From Hyphochytrium catenoides (Eukaryota > Protista > Hyphochytriomycota), in assembly GCA_900088475.1 (NCBI GenBank), contig FLMG01002540.1, positions 62,001 to 126,000 of the forward strand: a stretch of 64,000 nt of DNA. The letters run 5' to 3'. Positions 26,105 to 39,496 of the stretch are shown piece after piece. Numbering within the stretch: position 1 is the stretch's first letter; every line of letters starts with the position of its first letter. Made by a program: the position numbers and the translations under genes. The notes under the pieces were generated by a model that saw nothing but the letters and a program-made list of their open reading frames with translations, did no database searches and was not told the origin of the DNA.

Positions 26105-29100
26105 TTATCTATTCAGTCTATGGACAAACTGCTCCGTCAACTCATTGCCGCCCCAAACCGCCAGATTCTTTCTCACCGTCTCGATCCATTTCACCTTCAT
26201 CTCTAAAGTGCGCGCCTCTACAACTAAACGGATGAGAGAGCTTTGCAGCTCACATTGCTTGTACCAGGTAGAGGAAAATGCGAGAAGCCATCTGGCTCTC
26301 TCTTCACATGAGGAGAGATGGAAGCCTGTAGAGGACAGGTCCCGCATGAGGAGAGGAATATCTTCAATGTCAATATCAAACGCATGGAGGGGAAGAGCAT
26401 CCGTGGCGTCAGCGATACGAAGCTGACCCGCCTTCTGAATGCAGGCCATGCACTTCTCCTTGTCCTCAGCTGTCTCTAAGTAGACACGGAACTGATGACT
26501 TCGCTTCGAAAGAGTTGAGGGCGAAGATGAATCTCTTCGCCCTTTAAAGGCGGAAAAGTTCGTGAGGAGAATATCGAAGAGATTTTCACTACCTGAAGAA
26601 GACACGTGATCTCTAATGGCAAGCACCGCATACTTCTCCTCTCTCAGTGAGAGCACGGTCTCATGAGTAGATGATGACCACAAGGCATGAGGCGACATTC
26701 TGCCTGAACTCTGGGGAGAGGAAGAAGATGAACCTTCCTCTTCTCGGGGAAGAGTACCGTCAACAGGTGCTCTACTATCCGGTGGGGGGGAGGTGTTTAC
26801 ATCTTCTCCTATCCTAGCACTGTCCACCCTAGAAGATGAGCCTTGCTTTAAGCCGCGAGGTAGGGGAGAGACGGTATCCGTGACCTGAACGGTCATGATC
26901 GCCGGCATACTAAGGGAAGCCGGGTGTTCCAGAGGCAAGTAAGGTGGTACCGGAGAAGAGGCAGCGCTAATAGCCTCTGCCTCAGCCTTCGAACGCATCT
27001 TCACTACTCGAAGCTCCAAACCCGTCAGCTCAAACTTGAAACTTCCTCTCTCACCCCTTTGCTTCACGACGTCACAGAGTGCATCTGGTCTCAGGGCGTC
27101 TGGGGAGAGTGAAGCCTCATCTCTCTCCTTGGAAGGAAAATCAAACTCGAACACGGCCGAGAGAGGGTAGTGGTCAGATAAATCTCTGCAGCCCATCCCG
27201 TTGAAAACAAAGTCTTCCGGGCCAAAGATAGGCGCATATGAGCATTGAGAGCGTTTGGGAAGGAGGTGGGAAGTTGAATAGAGAATGTAATCTAAGTCTT
27301 CCTGCACTCCAGCTGAGCTGACCGTTCCGCGACACTAGTTGAAAAAAGGGTGCACATGACGATGAGTAATAGTGAAAAAGAGAGCGTTCTGAAGCTACAG
27401 AGCCCACAATGAGCACATAATCCACAGTTTCAGTATGTGTTCCAGGAATGCGAAGGCGGAAGACGACGTTTGAGCATAACTGTTAGTCTTACCAGCGGAT
27501 TGTTCTCCGGATCGAATGACACTTTTCTCCTAAGATCCCCTTCTCCCTCTACAAAGTCAGGATCGGAAGCTCCAAGCGCCTCTAACACCTCTGAGTACTC
27601 TGTCGACTCCGTCCTTAGAAGTCTATCGACATTAAGATCTCCCACAATAAATACAGGTTCCGTTCGAGGGATCTGCTTCTCCTCTATAAATGAGCGAAGA
27701 ATGCTCACCTGATGATAACGATAGATTAGACCGTAAGGCAACTCAGAGAGAAAATAGCGTACGCATCAAAGAGGGCCGAGCACCAGCGCCTAAGCCTTCT
27801 GGATCATACTAAACTTTCAAAAGCGAAAAGCATTCACCTGGAGGCGACGAGTTTTCAGAGCCTCGGGCTTGTTCCACGCCTGCATGTGAGTGCCGAAGAC
27901 ATGGAACAGCCTATTCTCCTTTCTTATTCTTGCGTAGATAATGCCCTTGTCGGCCACTCTATCTTCTAAGGCACAGACTGAGCCATACAACCTTGTATCA
28001 GCATATTCTATGGGCCATTTAGAGACAATGACCACGCCGCCATCTAGAATCTTCCTTGGATTCCCTTCTAGGTGCCCTACGACTGGTGTTTCATAAAGAA
28101 AGCCTTGCTGCTTCATTCTACGCAGTAGAGTAGGCCGCGATCGACGGCAAAAAGCCTCTTCGAATACTACTACATCCGCTATCGGAAAGCGATGAGAGAG
28201 AGCAGGTGGAATCCACTCTGCTCTCTTTGTTTTGAGCGGAGAAGTGCCAGAGAACCGAGAAATCTTGTCGGGAAGCATCCAAACATTGTAGTTAACAATA
28301 GAGAAAATGCATTGTAGAGGATGAAGGACTGGTGGGGGCGCGAGAGGTCGGAAAACATGCCTAAGCAGAAATGTCCCGGGGGTATTGGCTGTGGCCGTGC
28401 TAATATAAAGATTGGAGTCGTACATCTTCCTCGATCTTCCCTTGATGCCCCAAAAGGCCCCCCAATGTCCAGCTCCTGAATCGCTCCCTTTGTCTCCTTG
28501 GTGATGCACCTCAATCCAAACTGCATCATTATAACGTACGGATGTGCTCTCGCGGTGGTCATCGAGCTGAATTGAAGCTTTGACCAAACGAAAGAGAGAT
28601 GGAGGGTCTTCCTTAGAGGCAGAAACGAAGCCGTCGCCGTTATGTACGAGAAAGTGACCACTGGCCAAGCGAAGGCGGAAAGGATCGCCATACATAACCA
28701 TTGTGGAGTGCCGGCACTGCAAAGAAAAAGGAAGCGAGAGCGGCAATGTTGGAGCCGTGGCGGAGTAAGTCGTTAGCCTTCTGTGCTAATGAGCGAGCCT
28801 TAGGGAAAAGAGGATTGTAATGCGAACCGACACACAAGAAACAATGTAGCAGATCTAATTCGGCGTATCATACATGCACATAAAAGCCAAGTTGGGACAG
28901 GGAGAGCATAAGAAAAGTGAAGAGAAAATAAAAGACAAGGTATCTCGGCAGGGGGCACGGCTGGCGAGCGGGACCTCTCCGGATACCAGATAGAGAGAGT
29001 GGGCCCTTCTCTAAATACAGATAACAGAGATGTGTAGAACTAGAAAATTTGAGCGTATAATTTTCAGGAAACAGTCATGTGCGCAACCGCCACTGACCTC

Positions 29101-31041
29101 TTCATAGGGGTACGTGATTGTCAGCACTTCTCGATTCACTTGGGCATGGGTCAGCACTAGTTTGCGGCCAGAAGAGAGAGAAAAAGAAAACCGCTGCCTG
29201 GCAGACGTTGAGACCCATCGGCCACAGCCCTGTAGGCAAAAACTGTCCCCATAGGCCAGAATGGAGCTAGAACCGAGGGCTAAAGGAGGGAGCTGAGACT
29301 CTCTTGTAGGCAGCTCAGGGTAAGGCAAGAGAGGCTCCTCTTCAACACTTTCATTCTCCTCCTCTGTCTCTTCCAGCTCAAGCTGACCAATAGATAAGCC
29401 TTTGATGTCTTCCTCTAATAGTCTTAGACAATCTGGTATAAGAGGGCGGTAATAGCAGGTACATGAATACACTAAAGATCAACTATTGGCACCAGAAGGT
29501 AAAGCAGACAGAACTCATCAATAGAGTGCCATGGACTAGGGAGCAGGTGGGGGACAATGATAGAATCGAAGTAGGAAATGAGTCATGTGGCGACAATCAC
29601 CTGCTAGGGCAGAGGCCGTCACCTTGCCCTGTATAACGCACAAAATTTCCGTGATCCAAACCATCATCGTAGGACCATCGGGAGCGCGAAGCGCCACGCT
29701 CTCATGTGCCGCTTGTCCTGTCCGTCCGTTCTCTCCGTGGTCTCTCCTATCAGGCTCTTCCCCCTCTTTCCAGAGTAGGAAGAGATAGCTCTCCATGTCC
29801 TCCACTCTAGGCTTTTTCCCCTTGCAGCTCCATCGTCTCTCAGCGTTAGCTGTGTATCGTTCTTTGTGAGCATATAACATGCCCGACTTCCCAAGCCGCA
29901 TCCAGTATAGCAGCCACTTTTTCCCCACTTTTGCATGCAGAGGACCCTCATACGCCAGCTCTGAGCCCTGACGACGGAGAGAGGATATCGAGAGCGAAGG
30001 AGGGGGAGAGGATATCGAGAGCGAAGGAGGGGGAGAGAAAAGGGACGATGAGTGGATCACAGGGAAGAGCTCGGTGACGTGTGAGGCCACGACAAGAGAG
30101 GAGCTCGTGCCAACCAGCTGGAGGTTTGAAGTGTCATACCACCTAGCACACCCCATTGGAAAGATATAGCAACTCCTAATGCCCCTCACATTCCTAGCTC
30201 TCACTCACTATCTCGTGATAGTTTCATCGCCTCCTCAGATCCCTAACTTCATTGCTAGCTCTTATCAGCGGCATAGAGTCGCAAGCTAGACTAACATGGG
30301 CACTTCGTCCCTCTATTCTGTGTTCTCGTACCTCTTCTTTGTCCACCTCAGCATCATTTTCCTTGTGATAAAGCGTAAAGGACAGAATGGGTCTCAGCTG
30401 TTCTACCGCACGCCCATCTACATCTTCAGTCTATCGCAGTTCAAAAGAAGAAGTGTCATGAAAAAGAAAGAAGCAGAAAGATCATTAGGCAAAGTCTGCA
30501 AAGTTGACGGCAATGCAATGGGAGGATATGATTGAGGAAATATAGGCAAGCATGCAATTGAATATCTGCATCCGGAGACAGGTGAGACTGGCTGCCACAA
30601 GGCGCTTTACCTCTTCAGAGCTCTTAGACGAGTCTCCCAGTTCCGCACTATCAAGGTCTACTCCGTCCGTCACTAGGGGCGGACAGACACATCATATTTG
30701 GCAAGAACAAGAAAGAAGAGAAAAGGAATAGGGTTAGTCAATACTGCTAGGCCTTCAAGATGAGGAAGAGACAGCAGACGAACCTAGCAGGGCGCGTCGA
30801 CATCTAGCGAATTATAAGGTGCTGTCATTGGAAAAGGGAGAAGAAGATAAAGAGCGAGGAAGAGAGAGAGAGAGAGACATAGAAGGCGAAAGTAAAAGTG
30901 AGCAAGCAAACCATATTCATCTGAATCGAGTTGATGTCGCTGCGCGGCTCCCTCTGCTGCAAGTAAGGGGCTTGGCAGACTGCTTGCGGTGGCATCTGTC
31001 GTCTCCTGGTGCTCCTTTGGCCATTCTGATGAGTCCTTCAT
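26105..31041 (-). CDS. Multidomain neutral sphingomyelinase (EEP superfamily, bacterial SMase C-like) with PH-like and beta-trefoil-like domains
   Basis: All EEP/SMase motifs occur in order: NYNVW, VVFEEAF, DGGVVIVSKWPI, DRVADKG, HVFGTHMQA, IVGDLNV, LDYIL, DLSDHYP. An N-terminal PH-like exon lies at ~29620-29967, and PH-like C-terminal helices include 'VEARTLEMKVKWIETVRK'. Confidence 0.85.
29979..30037. repeat. 27-bp tandem duplication
   Basis: gagaggatatcgagagcgaaggagggg x2, followed by gagag. Confidence 0.95.
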
Positions 31042-32345
31042 ACTACTTAAAGACTCAGGTCACGGAGAATCCTGCGACTGGAAGAGAATACTACGAACCC
31101 GCGGCGGAGGAGCAAGGCCGTTACCGAGAGCCGACAGATGACGGACACACCGAACCACCAAGACGCTACGGACTGAATGGCATTTCCTTTCTTCGTGCGG
31201 TACTTCCACGACCAGTCGTAACTGAAATCGGCGAGAGAAGAATCAGGTGGAAGATAGAGAGAGATGGTTAAGAGAGGACTCGAGGATGGAGAAGGAACAG
31301 AACAGGGAGAGGAAAAGAGAAACACACGCAGTGTCAAAGGTGCCAAAGGCTCAGGCTTGAAGAGCAAGCCATGGTATCGCTGAGCTGAGATCTTGGGCTT
31401 CTCATGCCAAAGAGATCTGTCGAGCAGGGTAGGCAGGGCACACAGCGAACGGTGTAGAGTCAGAACGGGGCAGAGAGAAGCTGGCACAGAGCTCCAAGTG
31501 CAGAGATGCAGAGATGCTGACAGCAACGAAGACACGGCTCTAACTCTTAAAGAGTGAAAGGGGAGACAGAAATAGCTAAAGCGAGAAAGATTGGAAGGAG
31601 ATATGAGATGTCTTGTGTGAATAGGCTTTAAAATGAGAGGTAACAGGAGGAAGAGGGACAAATGCAGGAGCCAGAGCGTGGGTGAGAGAGAGAAAGTGGG
31701 TAAAGAGATAGAGAGACATCATGGTCGGAACTAGATTCTTGACCAAGTGAAGAGAGATGTGGCCGATGAATATTTCAACTCCATTAATACTTCCGAAAGT
31801 TATATGCAATAAAGGATAGGCAAACCAGCAAATAGAGGCTGTAAGGTTTCAATTACGAAATATTTCATGAAGTGGCATCGCTGTTTCTGACACATCAACT
31901 TCGAGTTCAGCGCCTGCCGCTGCTTACAGTTCTTCAACTAAGAAGGTCTAGGACATGACAGCAGGGCAATCAGAGGCAGCAATGTGCTGACAGTGAAGCT
32001 TGGAGACTCGACCTTCGTCTGGTGCAAGACGCCATCAGAAAGCTTCTAACGTTTCCTTCACACGTAAGGAGTGTACATTAGCCGCTAAAGTATATCTGAG
32101 CTACCGTTGCTCTCTCGCAGTGGGATATGCATCCTGTAAATATGGGACTGTCACGCACGGCGGACAGAGCTGACAACTAGCGTCTAGCGTCCCTTCCCCC
32201 ATCATTAGAGTCGCCATATATGTTTGGATCTATATACCACGATCTCGGTTTTGAGGAAGTTTGATATTGTTCAAGAATGTGATGGAGGCCAAGCTCAAGT
32301 AGCATGGCAGTACTAATCCTTTATTAGATCCGTAACACTTTTCCT

Positions 32346-34412
32346 TCAGGGAGTGATAGGTGTAGGTAGTGAGAAGTCGATCATAACCTTTGTACAGTTC
32401 TCTTTCTTTTTATGAAAGAGCTCATAGGCCCTTGGCGCTTGGTCTATACTCACTCGATGACTTACGATTCCTGAGAAATCGTAGCGCTTGCTCTTTATGA
32501 TGTCAAGGCACTTCTCCATGTAGAAGCGCGCAGGGCATCTTCCCGTTCGGAAAGTGATGTTCTTGTCATAGAAGGAGGAAGGAGGGAAAGGAAGAGTCTC
32601 CTCCGTGTTAACGCCCACAGAGGACAGACTGCCTCCAGGTCGAAGAAGAGAAAAGGCAAGACCGATGGCAGAAGAGCTGCCCACAGCTTCCATCACTCCG
32701 TCCGCTCCCCTCCCATCTGTAGCTTCTTTTACAACTTCAAGGGGATCAGAGAGAGTATAAGAAATGGCACGGGCACCAAGAGATTCTGCAAGGGCGAGCC
32801 TCTCGGGTAGGCTGTCGATAGCGTAGATTCTCTCGGCACCAAGCTCTTTCGCCCCAATAATCGCCATCAATCCGACGGGGCCGCACCCCACCACGACATA
32901 CTAATGAAGTAAGGGGCGTAATTTGCGGGAGGACAGTTAACAAGGGATAGTGTGAAACGTTACATCGCGGCATCACATGGTAAGAACTGAAGACAACAAG
33001 ACAGATCGTTTAGGTCGTCAAAGTGCTAGACGCAGAGGTGCGGAAAATTCTTCAGGATCCGGGCGCAGATGCTCTAAGTAAAAGGGAAAGCCATCACCCT
33101 TTTTTCAGAAAAACTATCAACAGGCGGAAGATCTGGGCGTCTCTGCTACCGACGCAAGGAACAGCGTAGCTCAGTACTCACCACTCCTTCTGGTCTATCG
33201 GTTTCGATGCCTGCGCCTCTCGCACAATGGTATCTGGTGGTAAAGGGCAAGGTGAGGAGGAGTCAGGAGGCAGTAGACATACGGTGCGGCTAGTAGGCGT
33301 ACCCGGTGGGAAGAATATCTCCTAGAAAGAGAGCCTCCTCTGTCGTCAATTCCTCTGGGATTGGAAGAAGAGTGCTTTCAGCTAGAGGAACCCGGACAAA
33401 CTCAGCTTGTGTTCCGTGTAGGCCTTGCCCATTCTCCCTCCAACCAAAAAGCTACGGCTTCCGGTTAGCAGCCAGCATATTGGAGCTGAGAAAATGCAAT
33501 CTCGGCTCGAAGAAGATAGGGATCGAGAGAAAATAAACAGAAGGTATAGATTCCAGCAAGAGTGTTGAGCAGCTTAATCACGACTAGAGGAGAACACAAT
33601 GGCCCGAAAGTGACGACAGTGTGCCAGGAGCACACAACCGTCACATCAGTGCGGCTCTTGCTTAGGTGCTTGCGCGGGCATACATGGAGGAAGCTAGGAG
33701 AGCGCAAGGAGAGATAGAAATATTCGAGGTGTACTTGCAGGCTACCTGGCCAGATTCACAGCGGCAGGTGAGTCCTCTCTTGCAATAGAAGCAGTGGCCA
33801 CAGGAGGTGGTAAAGGGAGAAGCAACACGATCTCCGACCTATGGCTTCCAGCAGAAGAGTCATTTTGTCAGCATGACATCATTGCCTCATTCTTTTCTCC
33901 TCAGAGTCACTCGCCCTTACCCATTCCTCTCGGATTCTACACTTCTGCACTTGTCCCCTTGCACATTGCATAACAGTCACCGTGGCTACCTCTTCTAAAC
34001 TTCGTTCCCACTTTGATGCCAGTCTTCTCCTGTTACTTCCTCCTGTTCTATGTGCCACTCTGTCTCCCCAACGTCCCTCCTTCTTCCTCCCACATCTTTT
34101 TCCATCTCGACTCTCTGCATCTTGATATCATAAGCTTCTGGTTCAACGCCTGGACGCCATTACCTTGAGCCGAGTGGCGCTAGTTCCAACTTTCCACACC
34201 CTTCCGACAAATTCATGGCCCATCACCGTGCCGACCTCCAGTCCCTTCTCTCTCTCTGTGTAGGGATGGAGATCACTGCCACAGATTCCTGCAGCTTCCA
34301 CCTTCACGATGTAATCAGATGGAGAGGAGAGTTCAGGGATCGGAAGATGGTCAACAGAAAGTTGCTCTTTGCCCCGGAAGCAGAGCCCTTTCATCAACCC
34401 TGAAGATGCCAT
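32346..34412 (-). CDS. Zn-dependent medium-chain alcohol/formaldehyde dehydrogenase (MDR, FDH-like)
   Basis: Motifs 'GICGSDLH', 'MGHEFVG', structural-Zn 'SCGHCFYCKRGLTCRC', 'LGDILPTG', Rossmann 'VVGCGPVG' and 'GRGADGVMEAVG'. Confidence 0.93.
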
Positions 34413-35057
34413 CTTCCTCGAACCAGATGAGTAGAGCAGTTGATTGAACGCGTTGAAGAGTTTTGTCAATAATGCAAGTCCTGCCGGCTGAGAGGCATAG
34501 GGGAGCTAGAGAACGTAGAGATAAGACAGAGAGAGAGACAGCAGAAGAGGCGAGAGTTACGGAGGGTGCGCTTAGAGACAGAGATGTTGGGACAGAGAGG
34601 GAGAGAGAGATGGAGAGGGCTCTAAGCTGGTGCGGCAAAGGAACAAAGGACAGGAAGGGTTTCGAAAGATCAGAACACTCCTCTCTCTCACACCATATTT
34701 CAATTAAGGGCATCAGAGATTCCATATAACATCTGGAAAAAGGCTATTGATCGGGAATATAGCAGCTGGAGTGCCTGAAGTGGCTGAACAGCTTCAACAT
34801 CAGGCTCTGGAGAGCTGGCAAGCAACCAGACAGCGACATCAGCCGTCTGCTACTCGGCTTAACAGCTTATTGTCGCTGTCAGCGTCCTGCCCCTCAGCAG
34901 CAGCACTTCGGTAGTAGCAATGGCCTCGCGGCGCTTCACCTAGTCAATAAAGGAGGTGGGGCACAACGCTCTTAATATTGCCCAAGTACCTAGGATCTAT
35001 TAGGCACCTTCATCTTGTCTTTTCTGGATTGGACTTCCCTAGAGTTTCAGAACGAAA

Positions 35058-36425
35058 ATGTTAAGGAGAGGCCTTGATCGGTTGCTGATTACTGGGGGAA
35101 GAAGGCTTCTTGTCTCTCCTGCAGCGAGCGCAAGAGGTCTTCACACTGGATTGGATGACGAAAGGAGAGAAGTCGAGCGGATTCGAGAAGAGTTGAGATC
35201 GTTAGGCAGTGGCAAAGTAACTCTGCAGCTTGATCTTCAGCTGGAAGGAGAGAAGGCGGCGGAGTATAATGGAAGAAAAAGTGCCATTGCGCTAATCACA
35301 GTAAGCAATCCTGAGAGGAAGAATGCACTAAGCGGGAAGATGATGGCTGAGCTCAGTGATTGCGTAGACTCTCTCTCTTCATGGCCAGGTTGCTGTGTGA
35401 TCCTGACTGGTGAAGGTAGTAGCTTTTGCAGCGGTGCGGACCTTGGAGTGGCGAGAGAAAGACTGAACACTAAGGAAGCGGGACGAGATATGTGCCTTCT
35501 CATGACCAACACACTGACCAGATTAAGACAGGTTAGCCCCGGATTGCCTGGAGAACGCTCTTTGGGAAAGTATCTGTTTCTCTCTGTCTCTCTACTCGTC
35601 ACTCACTCTCTGTCTTTTTGATGGTGACTACCTGCAAACTTGGGTTCGCCTCAGTCACGTCCTTATATACAACTCTCCCTCCTCCAAGTTGCACTGTAGC
35701 CCACCGTAGCGTCGGCTCTGCCTTAAACCCCATTGCACTCCATATCGTCCTGGTCGTTGACATCGCCTCTCCTCTTGGCTTGACGCCCGCACAGCTTCCC
35801 ATCATCAGTATTGCTGCCATCGAAGGGCCTGCCATTGGGGGCGGCGCAGAGCTTTCAACAGCTTGTGACCATCGTATCTTATCGCGGTCTGCCAAAGTCC
35901 AGTTTGTACATGTCCGCATGGGGGTCTCACCGGGCTGGGGAGGCGGAGGTCGACTGTCTCTTCTAGTGGGTAGACAGAGAGCGCTTAGAATGATCGGGAC
36001 CGCGGAGCCTCTGGCTGGCCAGCTGGCGCTTGAGACGGGCTTTGCGGATGGCTTGGTGGACGAGGGAGAGGCATTAGAAGAATCACTAAAGTTAGCCAAG
36101 AGTTATGCAGCTGGGGCGCCAGGTCACCATTTTTCTTCTCTCTCAGGCTCTTTATGACTCCGCTTATAGCAATCTTGCCTTTCCACTACCCTTGCCGATT
36201 GGCCATACCCTCTCCCATCTTTGCTGCTTCTATCTATGATGTGACGACAACTAACGTCCGCTGTTATCAACAGACGCTGTGAGATCGGTAAAACGTGCGA
36301 TCGCAGCGTCGGACGACCTTTCTTTGATGGAGGCCCTGAAGCATGAACGTGAAGCCTTTGCCTCAGTCTGGGGCGGGCCATCCAACCTTGCCGCGTTACA
36401 CGGCAGAAAGGGAGGGAGGAGATGA
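35058..36425 (+). CDS. ECHDC1: Crotonase-fold ethylmalonyl-CoA decarboxylase-like protein (3 exons)
   Basis: 'RKNALSGKMMAEL', 'FCSGADL', 'MCLLMTNTLTRL|QLPIISIAAIEGPAIGGGAELSTACDHR', 'FVHVRMGVSPGWGGG' and the ECHDC1-type tail 'EREAFASVWGGPSNLAAL'. Confidence 0.82.
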
Positions 36426-36603
36426 CAATAGGCATACCCATTTTTCTTACAGGCTTGGGGTTGATGATGCTCACGAATAAACAGAATGAAGGGGGAAAGA
36501 AAGCATCGGTGTATGCGACTTTGAAACCGATAGACTCTTGTGGCATAGTGAATAGCCACTAGTTGCGCTGCTTGCTAATGATTTACCTTGCCATATGCCA
36601 ACT

Positions 36604-39496
36604 TTATATGGACGACTCTGCCATCAAGTGCTGGAGATGACCAGCTTCTTTTTCTAGCAGCTCCTGGTAGGTCCCGCTGTCAATGATTCTTCCTTCTTTT
36701 ATGATAAAGATTACGTCCGCCTTCTTAATCGTTGTTGAGCGATGGGCAATGACCAGCACTGCTCGTTTCCTTTCTCTAATAACCCTGTCTAGTGCATCTT
36801 GCACTAAACGTTCGTTTTCTCCATCCAAACTGCTTGTCGCCTCATCGAAAAGGAGGATCTGCGGATTTTTGAGAACAGCGCGCGCGATAGCAATTCGTTG
36901 TTTCTACAAATCAAGGATGATCAGAACACGTGTCGGTCACATGATTGTGACAGGTTCAGCTTTGGAGCCTGGGATTGTATAGCGTGCGAAGAGGACTGAA
37001 GATAGATGCGGAAGAAGAGGTGAGGTAGTGCTCTGGTACAATGAAAGATTAAGCAGAAGTGGGTAGTCGCTCTGACCTCCAGAGCGTGAAGAGACAAAAA
37101 CGTGCAATACGTTGAAGGAGCTTTCCGCTACCTGGCCTCCTGAGAGCTGCAATCCTCTCTCTCCAACTTCCGTTTCGTATCCATTTGGCAGCTCTTGAAT
37201 GAAGTCATGCGCGTTAGCCTGTTTAGCAGCCTTCTCTACGTCCTCCTTGGAAGCGGAGGGATGGCCATAAAGGATATTCTCGTAGATTGTACCAAAGAAG
37301 AGTGCTGGCTCCTGCATAAAGAGGTACGATGAGGAAGGTAAAGTGGCAAGCCGATGTTGAGCAAGATGATGAAAAGAGTAGAAAGAGTAGACGCTACTGC
37401 CAGGGGCACAGACCGCGGGTTGCTAACAGTACTCCCGTAGTAGCTCGTCTAGACTGATAGCCGGTGGAAAGACCCATAACATGCACAGTCGCCAAAACCC
37501 GTCGTTTCTATTCACCTGTTCCTTCCACTCTAGTCTTTGCCCTCATCAATCTCTGTCTTTCTCACAACTCACCTGGCTGACCACGCCTATCTGGTCCATG
37601 TACCAGCTCCTATCAAGAGTACTTATCTCGACGTCGTTCATAAGAATGCTGCCCTCAGAAGGTTCGTATAGCTGAGTAAGAAGCTTAGCAACTGTCGACT
37701 TTCCAGCGCCACTGGGGCCTACCAGGGCCACGACTCTGCCAGGAAGGAGCTTAAAGCTGACATTATCTAGAGCTTTCAGCCCTCTTCTTGTCTGGTAAGA
37801 GAAGGAGACATATTTGAACTCAAGCGACAGAGCAGGAGAAGAAGTCTTGCCGAGTTCCGCTGATACGGACTCTGTTGAGAGTATTCTGCCCTCTCCCTTC
37901 TTACTTTTCGGTCGCATTTCTAGGATAGAGAAGAGCTCCTCACTGCAGCCCAGTACTCTCTTAACATCGCCATAGCTTCTTCCTAAACCCGCAAACCCCA
38001 CTCCAACCATGACGGAGTACATAGCAAAGGATGTTAAGGTGCCCACTGTCAGGCTCCCACTATTCACCAGCCTGGATCCAGTGAATAAGACAGCCAAAAA
38101 CGACGAGTTCACTGTGAAGTTTAGCGACGACAAAAAGACTCCTTCCATCGTCTTCCACCTTCTCGCTATGGCTGAACTTTGCTCTATCAAGCGAGAGAAG
38201 GTTCTGCACTCGTCGTTCTCTCTGGCAAACATTTTCACTGTTTGGATGTTTGCTATCTTCTCCTGAGCAAAGGCAGCAGTCGCAGCCACTTGATTCTGAT
38301 AACGCTTGGACATTCTGCTCACTCTCTTACCATAGAGAGCAGCCGCAGAGCCGAGGAAAGGAACAAGCGAAATAGTGACAAGAGTGAGACGCGGAGAAAG
38401 AAGGAGAAGCATCACTGTTGCCCCTATGGCGGAATTGAGTCCTCTTATGATTCCTGTAGCATAGCTTGTGATAGAATGAGAGAGTACGTCCACATCGGCA
38501 GATATTCGAGAAACCAGCTCTCCTGACTTTCGCGCTGCCAAGATGAAAGGGAAATGAGAGGACAAGAAGAGGGAAATAGAGCTATCAGAAATCTACGAGG
38601 ACCTAGGTCAATTGGACCGAGCTTTTGCCCCACGGGAAAAACGAAGTCTAGGAGGTGGAAAGTTCGGAGAAACCTGCGACTCCTGAGAGTCGGGATCAAA
38701 AGCAAGACGGTAGCATGATAGCAATTTCTGGTACCAGCAAAGAGAGAGACGAAGGTTGCTTTTTTGAGGCACGATTAGAGAGCGAACAGGGCAACGGTTA
38801 CGAGAGCACAGAGAGAGCGACGAGTAACGAGGGGTGGACGGAGCACTCAGACCAATTCTATGGGGAGGAGAAGGACAACTCACTTTCAAAGAACTTCATC
38901 TCTTGGTGCACAATGGATTGGAACAACTTCGTGCGCAGCTTAGAGGCCACCCTCTCCGTCACCATTCCTAAGCTAGAGACGCGAACGTAGGAGGCAGCAG
39001 CACCCAAGGCAAACACCCCCGTGGCAGCGATGAAAAAGCGTGATGGTGCCAGTCCGCTCGGGTCTTTTCCCGTGGCTATATCGATCGCTTTTCCCATAAT
39101 GCGAGGGAAGCTTAGATTTGTTATGCTGTTCACCATCAGGGCAAGGCCACCAACAAGCAGGTGAGTTGTTTCTCCCTTGAGCGTGGCAAGAACCCGGAGA
39201 AAAATGTCCGAAGAACTTAGAGCTCCCGATGCGGTGGGGGTGCCTGAGCAAAGACGCGAATAACGGACAGCGGACTTAGTCAAGGGATCAGGCTGGGGAC
39301 CGCCGAGACGCAGAGAAAATGAGGAGCACGGTAGAGTACGTCCGAGGAGACCAAGCTAGATGTCTGTCTGGGAAGTGTCGGCTGAAGTTAGAACTCCTAA
39401 ACGCTAAGGTGCTGACTATCGGAGCAGACTAAAGAGATTTATTGGTGGTCTGTCCGCGCATCGAGGTGGTTGGGGGTTACTTACTCTCTGATTCAT
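36604..39496 (-). CDS. Mitochondrial-type ABCB half transporter (ABCB10/MDL1-like)
   Basis: TMD '[12 protein letters not shown]', Walker A 'GPSGAGKS', Q-loop 'VSQ|EP', signature 'LSGGQ', '[11 protein letters not shown]' and 'IAHR'. The in-phase first exon gives 'MNQR|[16 protein letters not shown]', which resembles a presequence. The start is tentative. Confidence 0.88.

Noticed and set aside
34500-34700. ORFs 34351-34725 and 34463-34729 as proteins
   Set aside because: They arise from AG/CT-rich low-complexity sequence in the dehydrogenase/ECHDC1 intergenic region.
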